DNA of 28,144 nt from Acidobacteriota bacterium. Its GTDB lineage: Bacteria > Acidobacteriota > Terriglobia > Acidiferrales > UBA7541. This document shows positions 1 through 7,163 of this stretch, in pieces. The notes under the pieces were generated by a model. That model was not told where the DNA came from. It ran no database searches and saw only the letters and a program-made list of their open reading frames with translations. The translations under genes and the position numbers were made by a program. The stretch spans positions 1-28,144 of the forward strand of contig JACOSF010000023.1 of assembly GCA_016179005.1 (NCBI GenBank). Reading direction: 5' to 3'. The stretch's first letter is position 1; every line of letters starts with the position of its first letter.

Positions 1-18
1 AACCGCAAAGCGAAGCAT
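1..18 (-). CDS. 5' end of the next gene downstream of the exosortase (MLRFAV...), probably an EpsI-family exosortase-associated protein; truncated by the window edge
   Basis: Minus strand reads ATG CTT CGC TTT GCG GTT from position 18, 2 nt after the exosortase TGA (21-23), with an AGGAG in the exosortase 3' end. EpsI identity is inferred only from the usual epsH-epsI order. Confidence 0.35.
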
Positions 19-20
19 CT

Positions 21-923
21 TCATCGTGCGGCGCGCTCCTTTCGCGCGACGAGCCAGCGCTCGCCGGTCCGCAGCAGTCCGTGCAGGCCGAAAAGCAGAG
101 CCAGCGACATCACAAAGATCAGCCAGCCGGAAAACGTGTGGAAGAAGCCCAGGGCTTTGTCCGGATCCCAGTATTGGCCGAGCAGCCCGGTGCCCACGAT
201 GCGCAGGGCATTCGCCGCTACGGCGATAGGAATGGCGCCGAGCGCCAGCAGCACGCGCCGCCAAATCCCGGATTCGAGAAAGTATCCGTAAATGATGGCC
301 AGTGCGCCCAGGGACATCAGCGAGCGAATGCCGCTGCACGCTTCCACCACTTCGAGCGACATGGCCGGAAGATGCAGCACGTTGCCTTCGCGCAGCACGG
401 GCACGCCTAAGGTGACGAGCGTGGAACTGGCCAACTGCGAGGCCAGAAGCTGAAGCGGAAACGCAATTTGATTAAAAATGATCACGGGGATGGGAATCAT
501 CAAGAACAAGAAAGCCCATGGGAAAAACAGCGCGCGGAACCACACCCAGCCGCGGAATTGAATCAGCAGCCCGCCTAACAACAGGACCAGCGAAGAGCGC
601 GAAAGAAACAGCTCTGCGCCAAATACACCCAAAACGAGCACGCCCAACGCCAGCGCGACGATCACCGCTCCCCACCAGGAGGGCTGCTCCTTCAGCTTGG
701 CCAGTCGCTTCCTCTCATTCCAAACCACAAAAGCAGAAAACGCCGGAACGAAAAAGCCATGGGAGAAATTGGGGTCGCTCATCCATTGCTGCACGAGGCG
801 GGCGAGAACTCCATAGTAGAGAAGGGCGATCAGTGCGGCCAGGATGAGCCATTGCCACCAGTCACGGCGCCAGCTTGCAGACATGGCTGTGACATTCATC
901 TGTTGTTCTTTGGCCTGTTCCAT
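21..923 (-). CDS. Exosortase (EpsH/XrtA-type transpeptidase), stand-alone without a fused EpsI domain
   Basis: Multi-pass membrane protein with HGFFVP, VVEACSGIRSL (catalytic Cys), ANALRI (Arg) and FFHTFSG (His). ATG 923 chosen; alternatives are TTG 971, ATG 899 and ATG 884. Confidence 0.93.
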   Translation of the reverse strand: MEQAKEQQMNVTAMSASWRRDWWQWLILAALIALLYYGVLARLVQQWMSDPNFSHGFFVPAFSAFVVWNERKRLAKLKEQPSWWGAVIVALALGVLVLGVFGAELFLSRSSLVLLLGGLLIQFRGWVWFRALFFPWAFLFLMIPIPVIIFNQIAFPLQLLASQLASSTLVTLGVPVLREGNVLHLPAMSLEVVEACSGIRSLMSLGALAIIYGYFLESGIWRRVLLALGAIPIAVAANALRIVGTGLLGQYWDPDKALGFFHTFSGWLIFVMSLALLFGLHGLLRTGERWLVARKERAAR

Positions 924-1131
924 GAGCCGCCTTGTGAGTCGCAGAATACCCAAGCACAAGAAGCTTCGCAATAGCGCGGCCGCATCCTACATCAGTTGAG
1001 AGGCGGAGTTCACTTCATCTTCTTGCTTGGAGTTCCTGCCAGCAACACCAGTCACGGAAACACGTGCCACGGAAATGGAAAACACTTTCCTAAATGACCG
1101 AGGATCCTTCCAAAGAGTTTTTGTTCAATGC

Positions 1132-1144
1132 TAAGTTCTTTATT
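1132..1144 (-). promoter_or_regulatory. IHF-like binding site
   Basis: Minus strand AATAAAGAACTTA has one mismatch to WATCAANNNNTTR and lies in an AT-rich tract. Confidence 0.3.
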
Positions 1145-1183
1145 TTGTTTGAAATTGAGTTGGACCGGCCGTGTAGAGACTTG

Positions 1184-1200
1184 TTTTAGTGGAACTAAAA
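1184..1200. promoter_or_regulatory. Perfect 7-3-7 palindrome, candidate operator or enhancer
   Basis: TTTTAGT-GGA-ACTAAAA in the divergent intergenic region. Confidence 0.45.
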
Positions 1201-1257
1201 TGGGCAAAAGAGACAAAGAATTACCACTTTTAGGGATGCCAGTTGGAGCTCATCTTG

Positions 1258-1273
1258 TAGTACGGGTGTACTA
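1258..1273. promoter_or_regulatory. Perfect 6-4-6 palindrome, candidate upstream activator site
   Basis: TAGTAC-GGGT-GTACTA, about 80 bp upstream of the sigma54-like element. Confidence 0.4.
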
Positions 1274-1354
1274 TTGCGGCTCCGACTTTTTGTAACTTAT
1301 TCTCCTTGCTTGACTTGGAGCTCTTAGCAAAAGTGTGAAGCAGCACGCCATTCT

Positions 1355-1370
1355 TGGAAGCTGCCTTGCA
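1355..1370 (+). promoter_or_regulatory. Putative sigma54 (-24/-12) promoter of the EPS operon
   Basis: TGGAAGCTGCCTTGCA has GG at 1356-57, exactly 10 nt, then GC at 1368-69 within TTGCA. It lies about 60 nt upstream of ATG 1432. Confidence 0.5.
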
Positions 1371-1431
1371 CATTGTTCCTGTGAAGCGGTTCATTCCGCA
1401 GACAAGGGGATTCTGTTTGCGTGGAGGAGCG

Positions 1432-2406
1432 ATGGAAGTCAGGCAGTCGGACTTGGAGTCAAGCGTGGCTGTAGCCACCACCTTACAAGGCAATCACGCC
1501 TACGTGCCAGCGCTGAGCCCGGCCATGCGCGCGGTGGAGCGGGTGATAGTGGATATCGCACCCACGGACATCCCCGTGCTGATCGAGGGCGAAAGTGGAA
1601 CCGGGAAGGAAGTAGTAGCGGCACAAATCCACCGGCTGTCCATGCGCCGGAGCGAGCCGTTCACCAAGGTGAGTTGTGCGGCGCTGACGCCGGAGTTCTT
1701 CAGCACGCGCGCGCACAACGGAGCGAACGGGTCGGAATCCTGCGGCATCTTCCTGTTGGACGAAATCAGTGAATTGGATCCCGCCTGCCAGCCGAAGCTG
1801 CTGCATGTGCTGCCGGACGGGGACGCACTGCCATTGGAAGGTGCGCTGGCGGCGCTGGGAGCACGGGTGATCTGTACGACGTCGCGAAACCTGGAAGAGG
1901 AGATGCGCGCAGGGCGCTTCCGCGAAGATCTCTACTTCCGGATCAACGGGGTGTGCTTGCGGCTGCCGCCGCTGCGCCACCGCAAGGAAGACGTGCCGGT
2001 GCTGGCGAGCTATTTCTTGTCCAAATACGCGGCGCAGTTCGGGCGGCCGCAGCCAAAGCTGAGCGGGTTCGTGCTGGCGCAGTTCGGCGAATACGACTGG
2101 CCGGGGAACATCCGGGAGCTGGAAAACGCAGTGAAAAAGATCGTGGCGCTGGGAGACGAGCGGGCCGCCGTGGCCGACCTGCGGGCCCGGGCGGCAGCAC
2201 AAGGCAACAGCGGCGGCACAGAGATCCTCTCATTGAAGGATGCCGCGCGGACCGCCAGCCGTCAGGCTGAGCGGGAGCTGATCCTGAAGGTGCTGGGACG
2301 CACGCGCTGGAACCGCAAGCGCGCCGCGCAGGAGTTGCAGATCAGCTACAAAGCCTTGCTCTACAAACTGAAACAGATTGGGTTGGATGACCAGACGGCT
2401 TCCTAA
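1432..2406 (+). CDS. Atypical NtrC/Fis-family AAA+ transcriptional regulator (no receiver domain, no GAFTGA loop)
   Basis: Walker A GESGTGKE, Walker B FLLDEISE, FREDLYFRIN, WPGNIRELEN and a C-terminal Fis HTH (WNRKRAAQELQISYKALLYKLK). Strong SD GGAGGAG at 1423-1429 precedes ATG 1432. Confidence 0.9.
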   Translation: MEVRQSDLESSVAVATTLQGNHAYVPALSPAMRAVERVIVDIAPTDIPVLIEGESGTGKEVVAAQIHRLSMRRSEPFTKVSCAALTPEFFSTRAHNGANGSESCGIFLLDEISELDPACQPKLLHVLPDGDALPLEGALAALGARVICTTSRNLEEEMRAGRFREDLYFRINGVCLRLPPLRHRKEDVPVLASYFLSKYAAQFGRPQPKLSGFVLAQFGEYDWPGNIRELENAVKKIVALGDERAAVADLRARAAAQGNSGGTEILSLKDAARTASRQAERELILKVLGRTRWNRKRAAQELQISYKALLYKLKQIGLDDQTAS

Positions 2407-2424
2407 TTCTCAAGGAGAAGGTGA

Positions 2425-3066
2425 ATGAGGACGAATAACAGAGAGTGGATGTTGTTGGCGGCGGCGCTGCTGTTGCCGCTGGGCGGTCTCTCCGCGCAGG
2501 AAAAAACCAATCCCAAGGAATCCAAAGCGCCTGCGCACGCGGCGGTGGAGCAGACGGCCGCACCCAAGGCGGCGACCGAAGACCCGGCCTATGAGATCGG
2601 CGCCGAGGACCAGCTCAACATCAGCGTGTGGAACGAGCCAAATGTCACGCGGATTGTGCCCGTGCGGCCGGACGGCAAGATTTCGCTGCCGCTGATCAAC
2701 GATGTGCAGGCCGCCGGGCTGACGCCGATGCAACTGGCCATGTCCATCTCGGAAAAGCTGAAGAAATTTATCGCCGATCCGCAGGTGACGGTAATCGTCA
2801 TGGCGATCAACAGCCGGCGGTACTACATTGTCGGGGAAATGACCCGCGCCGGTGCCTTCCCGCTGATGCCCAACATGACCGTGCTGCAGGCGCTGTCGAG
2901 CGCGGGCGGATTCTCGCAGTTTGCGAACCTGAAAGCGATTTACGTGCTGCGAATCGTGGAAGGCAAATCTGTCAAGTTTCCTTTCAACTACAAGCAAGTG
3001 ATCAAGGGCAACCATCCGGAGCAGAATATTGTTTTGAAACCGGGCGACACCATTGTCGTTCCGTGA
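2425..3066 (+). CDS. Polysaccharide export protein (OPX/Wza family; Poly_export plus SLBB), short periplasmic type
   Basis: YEIGAEDQLNISVW, VRPDGKISLPLINDVQAAGLT, LKPGDTIVVP end, SPI-type signal peptide, AAGGAG SD. Confidence 0.93.
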   Translation: MRTNNREWMLLAAALLLPLGGLSAQEKTNPKESKAPAHAAVEQTAAPKAATEDPAYEIGAEDQLNISVWNEPNVTRIVPVRPDGKISLPLINDVQAAGLTPMQLAMSISEKLKKFIADPQVTVIVMAINSRRYYIVGEMTRAGAFPLMPNMTVLQALSSAGGFSQFANLKAIYVLRIVEGKSVKFPFNYKQVIKGNHPEQNIVLKPGDTIVVP

Positions 3067-3076
3067 GGGGGGAGAA

Positions 3077-4564
3077 ATGATGAAGTGGCGAGTGCAAACT
3101 TGGGCTTTGGTTCTCGTCCTGGCGTTGGCTGTCCCCGCCGCCTGGGCGCAACAGCAGAAGGATCCGCGGCTGAACCCGCCGGTGGCGCCGCTGCCGCCGA
3201 TCATGGCCGGCGAGAGCAGCAGCAAGTCGCTGCTGGATGATCCCGCGCCGAACCCGCAGAATGCGCTGAAGGCGGACCAAAGCCCGCTTTCCGGGGCACA
3301 GGATTTCACACTCGGTGTCAAGAGCGGTGGGCGGAGCTTCGTGACGCCGATGATCCGTTTTATGCAAGTCGCGGACAACAACGGGCACTCGGCGACCTCC
3401 AGCAACGACTGGCGCGCCACCGGCACGCTGACCGGGAATCTGTCCTTGAAGCACACCAAGAGCCGATCGCAATTGGGCATTGACTACTCGGCCGGTGGCC
3501 CTGTCTATATGACGACCGGCGCGCTGCGCGCGTCATACCAGCGCCTGGGAATCAGCGAGCAGATCAGCTGGCGCAGGGTTACTCTGCTGCTGGCCGACTC
3601 GATGACGTATCTTCCGGAGTCATCCTTCGGGAGCGGCGGGTTTGGCGGGATTAGCAGCGGAATGATGGGTGGCCTGGGTGGTGGCAGCATTGGCACGGGT
3701 CTGGGCGGCGGCCTGGGTGGCTTGGGCGGGGGCATCAATCCGGGGATCATGCCGGGCCAGTCCATCCTGACCGCAACGGGCCGGCGAATCAGCAACACCG
3801 CGCTGGGGCAATTCCAATACACGCTCAGCCCGCGCGCCTCCATGACGGCCAGCGGCGCCTACGGCCTGCTGCGCTTCCTGGATAGCGGGTTCATCGACAG
3901 CGACAACTACCAGTTTTCAGCCGGATACGACTACAAACTGAACGCGGCAGACACCATCGGGGTGATCTATTCGGTCAGCATGATGCGGTTCGCCGGAATC
4001 AACCGTTCTGCGGATTTCCATCACATCCAACTGGCCTACGGGCGACGCTTGACCGGACGGCTGGCCATGCGACTCTCCGGCGGGCCGCAGATCGGCAATT
4101 TTACCAACCCGGTGGCCGGTTCCAGGAACCGCGCATCGTGGATCCTGCGCAGCTCGCTGATCTACAACATCCGGAACACCAACCTGGGGCTGAACTACTC
4201 GCACAGCACGACTTCCGGTTCAGGCGTCCTGGTGGGTTCAGATGCCGATCGCGCCGATGGTTCCATCAGCCGACAACTGACCCGCATGTGGAGTGGCGGG
4301 CTGGTGTTCGGCTTTGCGCACAACCGCACCATCCAGCAGTTGAATACCTCGGCATTGGAACGCACTGTGAACACCTGGCACGCGGGGTTCAACCTGCAGC
4401 GGCCGCTGTCGCGCAAGGCGAACTTGACGTTTACCTACAACGTGACCGGGCAGAGTGCCAATAACCCGACCGGTTGCACGGGTCTGGCCTGCGGGCGACT
4501 CCCCTTGCGGCATCAAATTGCCCTCGGGATCAGCTGGGGTTTTGGCCCGTACGCGATTGACTAG
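3077..4564 (+). CDS. Outer-membrane beta-barrel protein associated with EPS export
   Basis: Signal peptide (LVLVLALAVPAAWA-QQ), many Ser/Thr/Gly/Tyr-rich amphipathic strands, terminal strand HQIALGISWGF, position directly after the OPX gene. Start is 3077 or 3080. Confidence 0.75.
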   Translation: MMKWRVQTWALVLVLALAVPAAWAQQQKDPRLNPPVAPLPPIMAGESSSKSLLDDPAPNPQNALKADQSPLSGAQDFTLGVKSGGRSFVTPMIRFMQVADNNGHSATSSNDWRATGTLTGNLSLKHTKSRSQLGIDYSAGGPVYMTTGALRASYQRLGISEQISWRRVTLLLADSMTYLPESSFGSGGFGGISSGMMGGLGGGSIGTGLGGGLGGLGGGINPGIMPGQSILTATGRRISNTALGQFQYTLSPRASMTASGAYGLLRFLDSGFIDSDNYQFSAGYDYKLNAADTIGVIYSVSMMRFAGINRSADFHHIQLAYGRRLTGRLAMRLSGGPQIGNFTNPVAGSRNRASWILRSSLIYNIRNTNLGLNYSHSTTSGSGVLVGSDADRADGSISRQLTRMWSGGLVFGFAHNRTIQQLNTSALERTVNTWHAGFNLQRPLSRKANLTFTYNVTGQSANNPTGCTGLACGRLPLRHQIALGISWGFGPYAID

Positions 4565-4625
4565 ACGCGGCCCGAAATCCGAGGCCCGACGGTAGAGTAC
4601 GGAAGAAGAGAGGAAGCGAGGACTC

Positions 4626-6164
4626 ATGCTGGGACATCGTTCCATGTCGGTTGAGGATTATGTGGGGATGCTGCGGCGCCACGTGTGGCAGATCATCATT
4701 CCCATCCTGTTGACGCCGCTTTTGGCCTTGGGGGTGGCGATGCTGCTCCCGGAACGCTATACGTCCCAGACCCTGGTGCTAGTGGAGCAGCAAAAAGTGC
4801 CGACTTCCATCGTGCAATCCACGGTAACGGACGCGCTGAACCAGCGGCTGAGCACAATGCAGCAGCAAATCCTCTCGCGCACGCGGCTGCAGCCGATTAT
4901 CGAGCGGCTAGGCCTGTACAAGGATCAGGTGGCCAACAAGGCGCCAATGGAAGACCTGGTGGCGCAGATGCGGAAGTCCATCACCGTAACCACGGTGAAA
5001 TCGGTGGGGACTTCGCGACAGAACGAAGTGCCGGGGTTTACCATCGCCTTCGAATCGGATCACGCCCGCACGGCGCAGCTCGTCTGCGCAGAAATCCTTT
5101 CCATGTTCATCGACGAAAACATCAAGCTGCGCGCGCAGGCTGCCGATAGCACGACCGAATTCCTTCAGAAACAGGTGGAGGAAGCCAAGCGGAAACTGGA
5201 CGAGAAGGACCAGCGGGTGGCGGAGTTCAAGCGGCGCTACCTGGGCCAGCTTCCCGGCCAGGAACAGTCCAACATGAACATTTTGATGGGACTGTCGCAG
5301 CAGCTGGAGGCCGTCAGTCAACTACTCACGCGCACGCACCAGGACAAGACCTATGCCGAATCGCTGTTGGCACAACAGGTGGCCGCCTGGGAAGCCTCGC
5401 AGCAGGGCAGCAACCCGCAGACGCTGGAAACGCAGCTGACCGCGCTGCAAAACCAGCTCATCACGCTCGAAGCGCGCTACACCCCCGACCATCCCGATGT
5501 GACGAAGATGAAAGCGGACATCGCCCAGCTCAAGAATAAGATTGACGAAGCCAACGCCACGACCAAGGACAAGCCGTCCGACAAGGACAAAGCCGCGGTG
5601 GCCAAGCTCAATGAGCCTGCGCAGATCCAGCAACTGCGAGGCCAGATCCACCAGTACGAAATGACGCTCAAGGAAAAAACGCGCGACCAGGAGCGCATGC
5701 AGGAGCAGATCAAGGTCTATCGCTCCCGCGTGGAGGGCTTTCCTCTCGTCGAGCAGCAGTTCAACGAAATCCTGCGCGACTACAGCACCGCGCAGGGGTT
5801 TTACGATGACCTGCTGAAGAATCGCGGGAAGGCGGAAGTGGCCGGGGACCTCGAGCGCCGCCAGCAGTCCGAACAATTCCGCGTAGTGGACCCGCCGAAC
5901 CTGCCCGTGAATCCGACGTTTCCCAACCAGCTGCTGTTTGCCGGCGGCGGCCTTGGCGGCGGCATCGGCATCGGCTTCGCCATCGCCCTACTGCTCGAGT
6001 TGAAGGACAAATCCATCCGCACCGAGGCGGACATCGAAGCGCTGCTGCAACTGCCCACGCTGGCGCTGGTGCCTTCGGTAGTCGAAGGCAGCAGCCGCAG
6101 CCGGGGCCTGCTGTCGCGCATTCGCAAGACGGAAGAACGGGCCTTGCCCGGGGCGGGAGCCTAG
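4626..6164 (+). CDS. Polysaccharide co-polymerase / chain-length determinant (Wzz/GumC, Wzc N-terminal type)
   Basis: N-terminal TM followed by PERYTSQTLVLVE, a long periplasmic coiled coil, FRVVDPPNLP, and a Gly-rich second TM followed by DKSIRTEADIE. Confidence 0.92.
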   Translation: MLGHRSMSVEDYVGMLRRHVWQIIIPILLTPLLALGVAMLLPERYTSQTLVLVEQQKVPTSIVQSTVTDALNQRLSTMQQQILSRTRLQPIIERLGLYKDQVANKAPMEDLVAQMRKSITVTTVKSVGTSRQNEVPGFTIAFESDHARTAQLVCAEILSMFIDENIKLRAQAADSTTEFLQKQVEEAKRKLDEKDQRVAEFKRRYLGQLPGQEQSNMNILMGLSQQLEAVSQLLTRTHQDKTYAESLLAQQVAAWEASQQGSNPQTLETQLTALQNQLITLEARYTPDHPDVTKMKADIAQLKNKIDEANATTKDKPSDKDKAAVAKLNEPAQIQQLRGQIHQYEMTLKEKTRDQERMQEQIKVYRSRVEGFPLVEQQFNEILRDYSTAQGFYDDLLKNRGKAEVAGDLERRQQSEQFRVVDPPNLPVNPTFPNQLLFAGGGLGGGIGIGFAIALLLELKDKSIRTEADIEALLQLPTLALVPSVVEGSSRSRGLLSRIRKTEERALPGAGA

Positions 6165-6173
6165 GACACGACG

Positions 6174-7163
6174 ATGTACAAAAAGTTTTTTGGCTTGCGC
6201 GAGAATCCGTTCAACGTGAATCCGGACCCGCGCTATCTCTGCCTGAACCGGCACACGCAGGAGGCGCTGTCCTGCCTGACTTACGGCATCCAGAGCCGCA
6301 AAGGGTTCATTTTGCTCACCGGCGAGGTGGGCACGGGCAAGACGACGCTGCTGAACAAGCTGCTGGACTGGCTGCACCGCGAGCGCGTAGCCACTGCCTT
6401 CCTTTTCAACTCGCGGCTGAATGTGACGCAATTTTTCGACTTCATGATGGCCGACTTCGGCATCCCCACCGACCCCAAGCAGAAGAGCCAGGTGTTGATG
6501 AAGCTGAACCATTGGCTGCTGGAGCGCTACCAGGCGGGCGAGACCGCGGTGCTGGTGGTGGACGAAGCACAAAACCTCTCCACGCAGGTGCTCGAGGAGA
6601 TTCGCCTGCTGACCAATCTGGAGACGGCCACCGACAAGCTCCTCCAGATCGTGCTCTCCGGCCAGCCGGAACTGGAATACAAACTGAACCAGCCGCAATT
6701 GCGGCAACTCCGCCAGCGCATCACCCTGCGCTGCAAGACGCACGCGCTTTCCCTGGAGGAAACCGGCAGCTACATCACGAACCGGCTGCAGATCGCCGGG
6801 GCCGACGGGCACGAGATTTTTTCGCCGCAGGCGGTGGAGACCATTCACGACTACGCGCGAGGCATTCCGCGCGTGACCAACTTGTTGTGCGAGCACTCCC
6901 TGATCAGCGCGTTTGTAGACCAGCAGTGTCCCATCACCGGAGCCACCGTGGACGAAGTGGCCCGGGAGTTCCAGTTGCACGAAGTTGAACCGAATGCTCA
7001 GCCGATCGAAGAAGACGAGCCGAGCGGAGAAAACCGGCGCCTGATGGAGGCGCTGCAAAGTCTGGTGACGCTGGTGGACCACCTGCGCCGTTCGGACGCT
7101 TCCCCGCAAACCACGAGGAAAGGAAGTTATGAGCCGCATTCACGAAGCATTAAAGAAAGCTGA
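6174..7163 (+). CDS. ExeA-like AAA ATPase (exosortase/PEP-CTERM-system-associated type)
   Basis: MYKKFFGLRENPFNVNPDPRYL start, Walker A GEVGTGKT, Walker B LVVDEAQNL, LQIVLSGQPEL, LRQRITLR, GIPRVTN. Confidence 0.9.
   Translation: MYKKFFGLRENPFNVNPDPRYLCLNRHTQEALSCLTYGIQSRKGFILLTGEVGTGKTTLLNKLLDWLHRERVATAFLFNSRLNVTQFFDFMMADFGIPTDPKQKSQVLMKLNHWLLERYQAGETAVLVVDEAQNLSTQVLEEIRLLTNLETATDKLLQIVLSGQPELEYKLNQPQLRQLRQRITLRCKTHALSLEETGSYITNRLQIAGADGHEIFSPQAVETIHDYARGIPRVTNLLCEHSLISAFVDQQCPITGATVDEVAREFQLHEVEPNAQPIEEDEPSGENRRLMEALQSLVTLVDHLRRSDASPQTTRKGSYEPHSRSIKES

Noticed and set aside
1123-1138. GTTC-N8-GTTC resembling a GTTC-N7-GTTC LexA box
   Set aside because: The spacing is off by one and there is no SOS-related context.
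1310-1338. TTGACT as a sigma70 -35 for the EPS operon
   Set aside because: No acceptable -10 hexamer at 16-18 nt spacing.
1354-1431. ORF-track TTG start for the regulator, and similar 5' extensions at 3053, 15721, 19623 and 27408
   Set aside because: Better starts exist. ATG 1432 has GGAGGAG; AsnB must start at MCG (19710) to expose the catalytic Cys; the others overlap upstream genes or lack an SD.
6070-6090. Perfect 8 bp hairpin TGCCTTCG-GTAGT-CGAAGGCA inside the co-polymerase 3' end
   Set aside because: Several 8 bp stems are expected by chance in 28 kb of GC-rich coding DNA, and there is no U-tract or other support.
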